Source: a virus (taxonomy: Duplodnaviria > Caudoviricetes). Taken from it: a DNA stretch of 64,000 nt. The notes under the pieces are model-generated. The model was not told the origin of the DNA and did no database searches. It saw only the letters and a program-made list of their open reading frames with translations. Made by a program: the position numbers and the translations under genes. The stretch spans positions 38,612 through 102,611 of IMG/VR virus record IMGVR_UViG_3300014043_000004; one strand, written 5' to 3'. Shown in pieces: positions 38,826-50,435 of this stretch (positions are counted from its first letter, which is position 1; each line of letters begins with the position of its first letter).

Positions 38826-41800
38826 TTAAAAGCTAAATAACGGTGTATCATCGTGTACGTCGTTGTCAGCATCCCAATATTTCTAACTGAACAACGGCAA
38901 CTCGAAGAGTTCAACCTTTTTGTTTTCTTCTTTTGCAGCGGCCACCTTAACCTAGAACAACTCTTCTCTGTATATCATAACCATACACATGGCTATCACA
39001 CGGTCTACGTTTCTTACACCGTCATTTTCTATAAGTTCTTCTATAAGCGGTTCACTGTATATTCTTTCTAGATTAGGGTGTCCTGGTTCGTATTCTTCCA
39101 TTAGCCATTCGAGAATCAAACCTTCTCCGTATGCCCTAATCGCTTTTGTCATATGACAACCCTTACGACGCTATACTCTACTGTCTTTAAAGACTTCTGT
39201 TATAATCTTATCGGGTTGATCCGCCAGCAGGTAGTCGCAATGTTTGTTTGTGAAGTAAGGGTAAATACCCTTACGTTCATTCTCAAACAAAAGTCGTGCA
39301 TTATAAAATATTAATAGTTTACGCACGTTTTCATAATATTCTTCAGCAGTATCTGGTCTACCAGTATATTCAGCTACAATTACGTCGTTCCAGGCTTCTC
39401 CGGCTTTGACTCTCTTAAATATGAAAGTAGATCCTAAGGAATTGGTAAACGACTCATCGTGGTCATCAATTGTGTTATCGTAGAGCTTTTTATCTCTACT
39501 TCTACATGTCCCCATGTAGTTCAGCGTACATCATCACCTTTAGGTGTCAAGCACTCTTGGGAGGATTATATTTATTCACCTCCTACGCGTTACACTGTCT
39601 TCTAGCCTTTCGCAATCCAGAAGATTAGCACGGTGTTGTCTGTTCTAGATTTTCACCGTTTTTGCTCGATTTTAGACCCGCTGGTCTGTTAACGGGTCAC
39701 AGTTGTGAGTCAAGATGTTGCGACACATATAAGTATGTGTATCGCATTCGAAGTTATATACCGTACCGGTATACAAAGATTCTTCAATATTTTCTATTTT
39801 TATATACACCCTGTTCCCATCAAACTGTATTTTTGATTTTGACGAGTCTGTAGGAATAGACAGTTTTAATACTTTTTGCTTCCTACTTTCATATATTGTA
39901 GTAGATACCAGTTTTAAGTTATCGCATCTGGCAATGTTTATTCGGTAAGATAACAAAGAGTTTTTTGTAGGTTTTTGATGCACCACAATGCTATTCCTTA
40001 TTTGCAATCCGAATAAAATATCCTAGACGTCTTCCAGTAGCTCTAAGTTTACACTTGTAAAGTTAACCCTTACTTTTCCTCTATCGTAGAATACAGAACC
40101 GTCCGAATCCAAATAACCTTGCATAAATGCAAGTTTATAATCTTCATGTAAGTTCTTAAACCACTCGGGAATTCGTTTTTTATACGCAGTTTTGCCAAAC
40201 GTTTCATTTAGCCAAATTGCTAATTCTTTGTGAGTAAACCTACGCGTATTTTCTCTAGTTTTATGAACGTGAACAGTCTTTCTGCCGAACAGGTCTTGTA
40301 TTAAATCGTCGTAAAAAGATGCGAATTCATATTCATCTTTGCCTATTGACAAATATATATCGTATGAATTTTTGTTTATATTTACAAAACCGTCTCCTAT
40401 AAATAATCCGATAAAATAACAAAACTTTGCAAAACTAGTAGCAGTATGGAATTGTTTCCAGCCGGGAATTTGTCCGTTGGTTTTATAATATCTGTTTGGT
40501 ATATCCAACCAATCGGACTACTACACATCTTTCATTTTAACAAAACCTTTGTCTTTAATCCAAATAGGATGTTCTCCGGTAAATGTTGTTGTTCTATACG
40601 AGCCATATGGTTTTAGTTTATAAATTGGCTCATCACATTTTTCGTATCTCTATAAATTTCGTATGTCGACAAACTGTCCGTCTTTGTTCACTAATTTATC
40701 TCCTAAAGCCACGTCTTCAACGTTGACTAATCCACGCTAAGTCTAGACTTTTTCGCCAGGCGTAAGACAACCCCCAATGTATAGTCCAAATGGGGGATCG
40801 GGGATTGGGTATTCCCAGATAACTACTGATCCTCCTGGTTTGTCATCTTTCTTTAAATGATATGTTGTTATATCCCCAGATTTCTTTTCGACGGCTTGCA
40901 CTTTACCGTCACCGTCCCAACTAAGATCTACTATGTGTTTCATGTTTTTAATCTTCGTGTTGGTTCTAATTTTAGTAAGCTGATCCATTAGGAGTTTCCT
41001 GGGGAATATATTTTTACCTAATTCCAATACAGCTTCCTATGGTTTAAGTGGACGCTCTGATATAAATCTATCTATAGATGTCTATGTCGCGCCACCGTCT
41101 TTAATTTCATTACGCTATTTGATAAGTTCCTCTATTGCTTGTTCTTTAAGACTGTTGCCGTCTTTATCCATGAACAAGTTGCTCCATGATGGTACAAAGA
41201 ATCCACATTCCGTCTATTCTTGTCCGTCATCCCATATGTTCGGGAAACTAAGTACGTTAAACGCTTTTGGATTGTAGAATATATTCTTTAGACCATCGAA
41301 AGAACCACCTTCAGTACCACCAGTACCGAATAAACAAAGTAGACCAAAGGCGACACCGTCATCAGTTTCTACAGCAGGTTGTTCAATACGCCAAGCTGTC
41401 TCCAGATTTGGGAATTTACCACCCTCTTCAAACAGTACTAATTTACCACGAGTACCACGAAGACGTTCTGGATCATTCTTCAGCGTAATACCTGTAATGC
41501 TAGAAAGATAACCTTGTTCTGTTTGTTTACCGAATTCATCAGTTATCTTATAACCAGACACGCGCTCCATACGAGTAGAAGTTAGACGTTGTTTTGACCA
41601 AGCTGTATGTTTGTCTACGAAGTCCATAATCTACCAAGCTTTGGTAAGGAGCCCATCACCTACAAGGAACTTCTGTTCGGAAGCAACTGCGAAATTCTTA
41701 GACCCTGGTATGAGCTCGTAGTTTCTAACCAGCATTGACGCACCTTTAAAGCTGTATCCTCTTTGTCTACACTTAAGCGTAGCCATATGTTTTCCTTGGT

Positions 41801-42149
41801 TTTCTGCTTCTTCTATAGCGTTGAAATAATAATAATCATAGTCCCAGAAATCTGGAAAGTTAAGAACACGTTCACGTTTTTTACGAGTATTGCCGTACCT
41901 ATCTACGTATTCTTTTTCTTCCAACTTCATGATAGGACTGTAGTTTAAGTAAAAATAATGGTATCCTGTTATAGCATCCCCATCAGGAGCAACGTAACCA
42001 TTTAAGCATCTGTTTGTTTCCTGCTCCCAAAACTATATATAATCGGTAGTACCTCTGGGAGCGAGTGTATAACAACCGTGTTCCTAGAAGAACAATGCGC
42101 TCTATCTGAACTTTGAACTGTTGTATATCTTTTTGTTAAAGTCTACCAT
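38826..42149 (-). CDS. terL: Terminase large subunit, interrupted by an intein and a group I intron (exons 42149-39692 and 39466-38826; ~676 aa mature)
   Basis: Walker A-like KCRQRGYS, Walker B LVLFEEGG, GTGG coupling motif; nuclease motif GGCDPYDHD restored after splicing; C-terminal NVDRVIA. Confidence 0.93.
39467..39691 (-). mobile_element. Group I intron (225 nt, ORF-less) in terL
   Basis: Contains in-frame TAA/TGA; 5' exon ends in U, intron ends in G; P1 GACCCGU/GCGGGUC, P3 UCGAGCA/UGCUUGA, P4 ACGGUG/CACCGU, P7 GCGUA/UACGC, P8 CACC/GGUG, P9 CUACAUG/CAUGUAG; removal gives T+AT = Tyr (CDPYDHDES). Confidence 0.9.
39702..40769 (-). mobile_element. Intein with LAGLIDADG homing endonuclease (356 aa) in terL
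   Basis: Starts CLTPGEKV, block B TGEHPIW, FIGLFIGDG and FMQGYLDSDG motifs, ends VYNFECDTHTYMCRNILTHN followed by Cys+1. Confidence 0.93.
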
Positions 42150-42159
42150 ATTAAATCAA

Positions 42160-42720
42160 TTACTCTGCTGGGATATCAAAGTGCATCTTTTCTGGGTAAC
42201 CAGCAGAAATATCGTAATTAAAACAATCTTCTTTTGTGTTAAGATTATTAATCTCTACAAGATGCCTTTCTGTAACTGCGTAGCATTCCATAGCATAAAG
42301 CTCAATAGCAGCAATAAGGTTCTTGAAGATATTAATATCTGCTGTATATGGTGTATTATCAAACCACACAGTATATGTAGTCTTACCGGCTGCTTCTAAG
42401 ACAGACATGCTGTTTACAAGACCTACTCTCGTAGCTTTGTCCATCCAAGCTTTCTTACCGTTTACGTAGAAACAGTTTACTTCATCGGAAGCATCGTATT
42501 CTTTCTGGGCCTTTATTACAGTCTGTTTAATGTCCCAGTCTGAAGGGTTGCCTTTGATGGCACTGCACAAGCATTCACAGTCAGGAGCGTCTTCACGCTG
42601 GGACTCCTCCTCAGTTGGAATATAATCTCTTACCGAGAACATAACTCTCCAGTCCTCCCTAATGTTGTCTACACAATAGAGATTGTCGATTTCTGATTTT
42701 TTACATTTAATCCAATACAT
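42160..42720 (-). CDS. Tail-fibre-associated protein (DUF4376-like)
   Basis: YDASDEVNCFYVNG..WMDKATRVGL...IELYAMECYAVTERHL...YDISAGYPE pattern; follows fibre genes. Confidence 0.7.
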   Translation of the reverse strand: MYWIKCKKSEIDNLYCVDNIREDWRVMFSVRDYIPTEEESQREDAPDCECLCSAIKGNPSDWDIKQTVIKAQKEYDASDEVNCFYVNGKKAWMDKATRVGLVNSMSVLEAAGKTTYTVWFDNTPYTADINIFKNLIAAIELYAMECYAVTERHLVEINNLNTKEDCFNYDISAGYPEKMHFDIPAE

Positions 42721-42808
42721 ACTAGCTTATATTTTATCTTTCACCAAGAGGCGAAGAATAGCTCAAGTTACATGTTCCATAGGGTTTACCTATAACACAG
42801 TCAACAAA

Positions 42809-42951
42809 AGTAACTGAGAACTAATATTAGAATTGGTATTAGAAGGATCATTATTGACATTCAAGTAACTGAGACTGCTATTAGCATTGGAACTATTGTA
42901 GGACTGATTGGCTACATTGCTAGTAGTCTCATTGACATTGCCATTGGAAGT
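42809..42951 (-). repeat. DGR template repeat (TR)
   Basis: 143-nt ungapped match to 43120-43262; all 38 mismatches fall on sense-strand adenines of this copy; AAT-rich. Confidence 0.95.
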
Positions 42952-43091
42952 ATGTGCTTTCGCACACACTTCACATGACACCTACCAGCTAGCCTAAAAC
43001 GTCTCCAATAGCATAATCTCTTATCAAACACCTCTAACTCTCAATAACATTAGCTTGAGCTATCCTTTATCTCTCTATTAAAACTAATTAA

Positions 43092-46064
43092 TTAAATCTC
43101 TGTATAATTTCCTTTGTAGAGCAACCGAGAACCAACATAAGAACCGGCAGCAGAAGGACCACCAGGGACAACCAAGCAACCGAGACCGCCATAAGCATTG
43201 GAACCACCGCAGGACCGACGGGCCACATAGCCAGCAGCCTCATAGACATAGCCATCGGAAGCGAATCCTGTTGTATAATTGCTGTCTGAATGAACCTCAT
43301 TTGGAATCATGTCTCCGTATTGACCAAGAACCATCTTTCCGATACAGTTACTACTTGTAGTACCAGCCGTAGCAGATCTTACGGTAGTTCCGTCGATGTC
43401 CATAATCTTAATGTCGCCTGATGAGCTGGTCGTTTCAATGTTGTCAACCCACTCATACAGGTCGCCCCACCAGTTCTCAAGTCCCCAGAAGTTGATACTC
43501 GTAGAAGTACTGTTACTTGCACTAGAACCTCCATCTACACTAGCAGAAGTATCATTAATGCCTTTTGCATTACACATTCCTGTAGTCTTAGGATAGTTGC
43601 TAGAACCATAACCTACAACACTTTGATCGTCTGTAGTACCAAGCCAACCATAACCAAGCAGAGCCATTATACAGTGTGCTTCGTATGTCACAATCTGATA
43701 ACCGTTACCTCTTGCTCTTGCGTAAGTCTTAAAGTTTGCCTGACTTACATTGACTGTTGGTGTAACTCCGCTTCTACTATATACCATGTTGCTACTATTA
43801 TATGCTTCATAACAACCAATGAATGTATCACCTTCCCAGTGATTCCAACCAGTCTGTGCACCAGTACCAGCATCCATTGTAAAGCTTATCTGATATTTGT
43901 CTGTAGCAAGCATGTCTACTTTCCACCAGAACTCAGGCAGCTTCATGAATACATCATAGCTACTTGATACACTTGAACCATCAACAAACAGTGCTTTATT
44001 ACTTCTGCTAATCTCTTTTACCTACAGAGAACCGTTACTTAACCCTGTAGAACCATACAGCTTAGTATTACTGTGGATTCTATGGATAACGCTGTTTATA
44101 TCATCATTATCCTTTGCAGGAGTATCAATCTCTATCATACTCGCAGCAGCTGCTGAAGGGTTAGTTTGATTGATGATATAGCTTGTTACCGTAGCCATAG
44201 GAATGAGAGTAGCGTCCATGTTTACTGTAGCGTCTTTACTTACTGTAAGCGTTGATACACTTAGCGTATGTATAGAGCATGTAAGTGTGTATGTACCATT
44301 AGGTAATACTGCTTGTGCACTACCGTTACTGTCTGTAACTATGTTGGTTGATGTGCTACCACTTGTAAGTGTTATACCTATACCTTCTACAGATGATTCA
44401 TCTGTCGTAGTGATATTGAATGTAATTAGGTTGTTACGTACTGGACGAACCGTATATCCGCACCTGCGGCTGCCGCTGGCCTGAGGAGTCATACCCGAAC
44501 TGCTGAAACCCATACTATAGGCGTACCCAGCCGAAATTAACGATGCACTCAAGTAGATGCCGTTCGTGCCGCGGTACTGAAGTATCGTACTATCGTACTA
44601 ACCGCCGGCGGGGAAGAACGTGTAGATAGAATGGTCACTCTTCTTCATGAACTTCCGACCTGCCACGCCCGTACCGTTGTAGTCAGCCACCCACTCATAG
44701 TCGGTGTTGTCGTACAATTCCTTGAAGTCCTCTTTAGTAGGTAAGTTCCAAGGTGCTCCTAACCTAGCAAGTGCTATATCATGTACACTGTCTGTAGTAG
44801 GAATGTTTGCTGTTAAAGCCTTACCTGGAGTATTGTTATAATTAGCATCTGAGAAATTATATCCTTCTCCCTCATTATGACCATCTATGTTACCCCAAGA
44901 TATATAAGTACCCCAATCAGTCTCTTCACCAATAGAGTACTCGCCAGTAGTAGCATCTTTTATAATATTACCAGTAGCCCATTTAGTGCCACTTGGAAGA
45001 CCAAGATCGACATATCCTCCTGCAACTTCAAATACGATATCGACACTCTTAGATGTTGTGTCAACCCAGTCTTTAGTAATAGAGTCAGGTATTTTATATC
45101 CTTCAGGTACTTCTGACGTAACCTCAATCGTATAATTTACTCCATAAGGAATCTTCATAGACTCCCCATCAGACAGCGTACCAAGAGAAGTAGAACCGTT
45201 GTATATAGTTACTTCTTGTCCTGAGAGATCTGTATTGTTCTCATCATCTTCAGCTAATGCGAAGTTAACTGTAAGAACTTCTGTCTGATAGAGTACATCA
45301 ATATATTTTACTCCGGTTGTCACCTTACTTACAGTAGACGAATAACCAGAGATATTTGTTATTGTAACTTCCTATGAAACATCAATATCTGTACCGAACG
45401 GAACGATTATTGAAGAACTGTTAGCATACTGTGCGTTATTATATGTAACCTTAGCGTTTGCTATATCAGTCTTGTCTGACTGATTACTGTCTATAACAAC
45501 TCCCCACTGATCTGCTTTATACTCAATATTGCGAGTAACTGTAGCACCCAACCCTAAGTTCTCTATACTAGCAATACTGCTAGGAGCAAGGTACTTAGAC
45601 ATATTACTTGTACCTGCAGCAACACTTATAGAGTATGATTTAAGAGGAGCAAGACCAGTAAAGCTAAGCTGTTGTCCTGCAAACGTCTTAGATTCAACTG
45701 TTTCGCTATCTGTAGTATTAGTAAGCGTAACAATTGCACCGTTTAAATCCGTACTACTTACAAGACTAGGATCACCTGTATAAGCGGTTCTCACAAGAGT
45801 CTGCAAGTTAACATTAATGGTACCCCCAAAGTCAGCAGCTTCGCCAGCTGGTACTTTCCACGTACCATCCTTTGCAAGGAACGTACCGTCATCAGTACCT
45901 GTACCTAATGCAGATTTAACGTTTACAGAAGTTAGGATTTCCTCCTTAATAGTAGCTACATTTTTATTCTCAACATTGCTAAGTTCGGACAATCGAGTTC
46001 TTGCGGTAGTATCTTTAATATTTAATATAGTTCCACTAGGAATTCTAACTTTAGATATTTCCAT
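43092..46064 (-). CDS. DGR-targeted tail fibre / receptor-binding protein (990 aa, 3 TAG)
   Basis: Four fragments in one frame joined by TAG only; Ig-like segments, YVDLGLPSGTKWA...GYTVRPV domain, and C-terminal GLENWWGDLYEWVD...GSRL domain. Confidence 0.88.
43120..43262 (-). repeat. DGR variable repeat (VR) at 3' end of the receptor-binding protein gene
   Basis: Encodes ASDGYVYEAAGYVARRSCGG...YVGSRL, the C-terminus of a C-type-lectin-like domain; differs from TR only at TR adenines. Confidence 0.95.
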
Positions 46065-46132
46065 TCTCTTATATGTTTAAAATATGTGCTGGGGAGCATT
46101 ATACTCCCCTTCACACATTATAGTTAATAAAA

Positions 46133-47065
46133 TCAAGCAGCCGAAACGGTTACGTTTACTGGAGAACCAGTGAAGGTCTGAGCAGCAGCAGTAGCCGTAC
46201 CAAGAGCAGTGATTGCAGCAGCAGTGCTGAATGTAGCAGCAGAGCCAGCGTTGAAGGTATCAGCAGCCTTAGAAGGCAGAGTACCTGCAGAGAAGCTGTC
46301 AGCAGCCTTAGAACCGCCGTTGAACTTCGTTACGTCAACAACAGTAGGTGTACCACCGTTGAACGTGTCAGTACCGTATACAGCTGGGGTAAATGCACCC
46401 TGAGCAGTAACAGCACTAGACGTAGAAGCTGAACTCAGCGTCAAGGTCTCCTCGTTCTCAACATAGCTAGCAACAACACCTTCTGTAGCGAAGTTGCTAG
46501 ATGTAGCAGCACCCAGAGAACCTCCGTCGAAACCGCTGTGGCTATAGCTAGCAGCAGCACCAGGAGTTACGAAACCTTCGCCCAAAGAAGCTGCAGTGAA
46601 TGCACCCTCAGTGAATGAAGGCAGTGTGCCCTGGCTGAATGCGCCCTCAGTGAATGAAGGAGCTACAGCAGCAGAGTCTACGCCAGTTACAAAGTTAGCA
46701 GTGCTGTGCTCTGTGAAAGAAACAGCGCTAGGAGCGTTTGTACCAGCAGCAGTTACTGAGCCAGTAGCCTGATCAACATATGCCAACTCTCCGAGAGCAG
46801 ACAAATCACCGAACTCCTGCCAAATAGAACCATTGAAAATATACTCTTTAGAGCCATGATTAACAATGTTACCTTTCTTAGCCTGAACGGATTCGCCGCT
46901 GATGGTGATAGGATTTACGTTGCTACCATCGGCAAGCTCGGTAGAAGTTACTCCGAGATAGTCGGAATATGCCTGAAGTGCGCTGATCTGCTCACGTGCC
47001 TCGGCATCTTTAATGTACAGAGTATTACCACCCTGCACAATTTTTGATAAATACATTTTATCCAT
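46133..47065 (-). CDS. Ala/Thr/Gly-rich fibre or virion protein (310 aa)
   Basis: Intact ORF, internal repeats PSFTEGAF x2 and SKAADxFxAG x2; N-terminal YIKDAEAR module. Confidence 0.6.
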   Translation of the reverse strand: MDKMYLSKIVQGGNTLYIKDAEAREQISALQAYSDYLGVTSTELADGSNVNPITISGESVQAKKGNIVNHGSKEYIFNGSIWQEFGDLSALGELAYVDQATGSVTAAGTNAPSAVSFTEHSTANFVTGVDSAAVAPSFTEGAFSQGTLPSFTEGAFTAASLGEGFVTPGAAASYSHSGFDGGSLGAATSSNFATEGVVASYVENEETLTLSSASTSSAVTAQGAFTPAVYGTDTFNGGTPTVVDVTKFNGGSKAADSFSAGTLPSKAADTFNAGSAATFSTAAAITALGTATAAAQTFTGSPVNVTVSAA

Positions 47066-47086
47066 ATTACTATATTAAATATTTAA

Positions 47087-47401
47087 TTAATTTCCCTCAG
47101 AGTTATTCAACATCAACAACTCTTCGTCTTGCTTATAAGTAGATTCCAGTTTATCTGTAATTTCTTTAGACAAGTCTTCTATAAGAATTGTTCCGTTTTG
47201 AATATCTTCGGAAGTTATAGATCTTCCAATGCCAGTAGCCGAACCGTAGATGTCGATTACCGTTTTAACCAAGTCTACGATAGCGTTGGCATCCAATATG
47301 TCTCCGGATAAAAATCCGTTATATTTCTCACTGACAATCATGTTTGACGTACGTCTTATACCAAGATTGTCTTGTACTGATATGTTTGTTTTCCGTTTCA
47401 T
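47087..47401 (-). CDS. Hypothetical tail-associated protein (104 aa)
   Basis: Intact ORF within fibre cluster; SITSEDIQNGTILIEDL motif. Confidence 0.6.
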   Translation of the reverse strand: MKRKTNISVQDNLGIRRTSNMIVSEKYNGFLSGDILDANAIVDLVKTVIDIYGSATGIGRSITSEDIQNGTILIEDLSKEITDKLESTYKQDEELLMLNNSEGN

Positions 47402-47409
47402 GAATCGTA

Positions 47410-50400
47410 TTACATATTAAGTTTAGATTCAATAGCAGCCAGTCTTTGTTTTAACTGTTCGTTCTCTTCCTTAAGTCTTACGATTTCTTTTGCTGCTGTT
47501 ACTGCTGATGCAAGAGCTACTGAGCTGTAGTCCAATCCAAGGTATCCTTCAGCGTCTTCTACAACTGCATGTGGATATATCTTCTGCCAGTCCTGTGCAA
47601 TAGATCCAAGATGTGTGTGCTTGTCTTCGTCACTGTTCAGGTAGTAATCTACAACCCTAGCTTCTGCTATATCCTCTATAGATGCCTCTGGATTATCTAC
47701 AATCGTCTTCTTTCTCTCATCTGAGGTAACTGTCAAGGCAACACTAGAGTAAAAAGATCCTTGCGTGCTTACTGATACATTACTACTTCCTTGTATAGTA
47801 GTACTTCCGTTTCCAATGTTTACATATGCGCCGTTTCCTGTAAGTTCTATGCCTTGACCGCAACTAGCGGTAAATGTACCTGGACAAGATGCACTTATAC
47901 CACCGTTACTAGAAATATCAACGTTTGCCTGCTCACATTTAACAGCACTCAGTCCTGTGAAGTTATCACCATTTTGAGCACCGCCAAGTAATTTAGCAGC
48001 AGGAGCTTGTATAGTGAAGTCACCTTTAGAAGTAAGACCACTAGCAGAATCCAATACTACTTTAGTAGAATTGTCGTCATTTTGCAGAGTTATACTATCA
48101 TTCACGCTAATATTACCACTAGCGTCCCAACTAAAGTTTCCACCTGCCAAGAAACCAGAACCATCTATACCAATCTTGTTTGTAGTTACCGTTTGTGTTC
48201 CAGAAGATCCCTTTTTAGTAACAAATCCGTCCGAATTAAGTTCTGCAGTTGCACTATCTGACATACGTTTTGCATAAACTGAAGGAATAGTTTTGTCTAA
48301 CATTAAGTATGCAGAATTAGCTCCCGCAGATATAGTGTTTGTACCTATGCTCCATCCGCCAACATATCCTTCTGTAATAGTAGCTTTACCATTAAGCTCA
48401 ACGTTTCCAGAAGCATCCCAACTAAAGTTGCCTTTTGCCAAGAAACCAGAACCGTCGGAGTTTATACTATTTGCTACGACTGGATCCTGCACAACCCCTT
48501 TTCGGTCGGTTTCAGTACGAAATCCGTCAGGATCTATGATAGTCTTAAGCATATTCGAGCCGCTGGTTTTTGCAACCATTACTGTAGGGCTAGCGGATTC
48601 ACCGTCGTACCCTATCAATTTATCGTCACTTATGCTAAACGCACCGATAAGACCAGTTGTAGCTGTAATCTTACCAGACAAATCTGCATTAGTTGCTTTA
48701 AGAGTACCTGCAGTAGGATCTATAGAAATCTTATCTGTAACAGTACCGTCTGCATTAGTAAACGTTACTTTATCTGCTGCAAGTTTTATATTCTGTGCCC
48801 TTAAATCTAACTGATGATTCGCATCAATGTTGATCTTATCTGCGTTTATCTTTACAGCACTTCCACTGTTGTTGATAGTAGCAACAACTTCTGCTTTCTT
48901 TGTATAATCATTAAGCGTACTAGAAGCAACTAACCCAGCTGTAGCACTATTTAATGCTGCTGTATTTACAAGACCAGCTTCGCTGATAATTTCGTCTTTG
49001 TTATTTTTAATAGCAGATACAAGGGAACTTTCTGAAATGTATCCACCTTCCTCTAGACTTTCAACTCTTGTAGTCAGACCGGATACTGCACTAGCGGCAC
49101 CAGTCGCTGTATTTTCTGCGTTTGTTATTCTAGATCCGAGCGTAGTTTTCGCGTCATTCAAAGTTGCAGTATTTACAAGGCCTGATTCAGATAAAAGCTA
49201 TACAACTTCATCTTTATTAGCTGTAATGCCGGACAACACAGAACTCTCTGTTGCAGGAACACCGTTCTCTTCAAGATTCTTCACTCTAGAAGAAACTCCT
49301 GATAAAGCAGTAATTGTGCTATTTGTATTTGTCTCTGTAGTCTTAATTCTTGAGAAAAGATCGGCTACAGCACTATTTGTGCTATTCTCAGTAAGTAACC
49401 CAGAAATAGACTCAGAAACCTTACCGTTAAGATCCGTATTCTTTACGTATGAAGAAAGTTCTGATGAAGCTACCCAATCTCCGTTCTCCAACTGTTGAAC
49501 ATTTGTCTGCAATGCTGATATTGCTGAAGTATTGGCAGCAACATCTTCTGCAGATGCAAACACTTGAGATACTGATTTATTTGCGCTTGCTTCAGTGTAG
49601 AACCCACCTGACAACCACTTAAGTACAACTTGGTCTTGATTAGTAAGAGCGTATCTTGCTTTAAGTTCTGCGATTGAAGTGTTATCCTTAATACGAGCAT
49701 CTATAAGACTCTGTAAATATTTTATGGTGATATCTTCACCGTCACTACCGCTGCCAATAGATATAGCATCTACTTCAGCTTTGATTTCGTTGTATTTAGT
49801 TTCGAGATATGCCCAACCTTTATCAACACCGTTTGCTCCAAGTACACCTGTTTGTATAAGGTATGCCTTTAATTCTTCATTCCAACCAGCTTGCCATCCG
49901 TCAACAAACCCTTTGCCGTTGATGATGTCGTTTATCATCTGGTTGATTTCAGTACGGTTGTTGGTTATAACATTATCTAAATCGTTCTGAACTTTATTTA
50001 TATCAGAGTTTAATTGATCAAATGATCGGTCGAGGTCGTTTTCAACTCTTGAAACAACATCGTCTATTTGTTCTTGAGTTATGCTGCCTCCGGATCCAGG
50101 GTCGCCTTTATCTCCTTTATCGCCCTTGTCTCCTTTATCACCTTTATCACCTTTGTCTCCCTTGTCGCCTTTGTCTCCTTTGGCACCATCTGCACCGTCT
50201 GACCCATCAGAACCTTTGAATTTTGATATATTCTCGTTCACGTATGCATCAACAATAGCTTCCAATACTGATTTGTCACCAATACCAAACTCTAAGCCGC
50301 CTTTGTAAATAGTACCAGACGTTTCTGATGTTGGGACAAAGCATATTGTTCTGTCATCAATAAGACCGGCGTCTTTATTGGCATTATAGTCTGCCAAACT

Positions 50401-50430
50401 AGGAGCAAAATAAAATATAGTTTCTATCAT
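47410..50430 (-). CDS. Long tail fibre with collagen-like repeat and C-terminal S74 chaperone (1006 aa, 1 TAG)
   Basis: 47410..49161 and 49198..50430 are in frame; GDK repeats; TSDERKK autocleavage motif, GSIAQDW..YP, C-terminal coiled coil. Confidence 0.85.
50095..50215 (-). repeat. Collagen-like Gly-X-Y repeat (GDK x8)
   Basis: GSDGSDGADGAK(GDK)8GDPG with synonymous variation. Confidence 0.9.
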
Positions 50431-50435
50431 ATTAT

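Noticed and set aside
39171-39515. Separate gene starting MGTCRSRDKK
   Set aside because: The start lies in intron P9; the remainder is terL exon 2.
40023-40508. Free-standing LAGLIDADG gene
   Set aside because: In frame with terL and bounded by intein N- and C-terminal motifs.
42790-42981. 63-aa Asn/Ser-rich ORF
   Set aside because: It is the translation of the DGR template repeat, not a likely protein.
50081-50308. Plus-strand (SPL)n repeat protein
   Set aside because: Reverse complement of the collagen GDK repeat.
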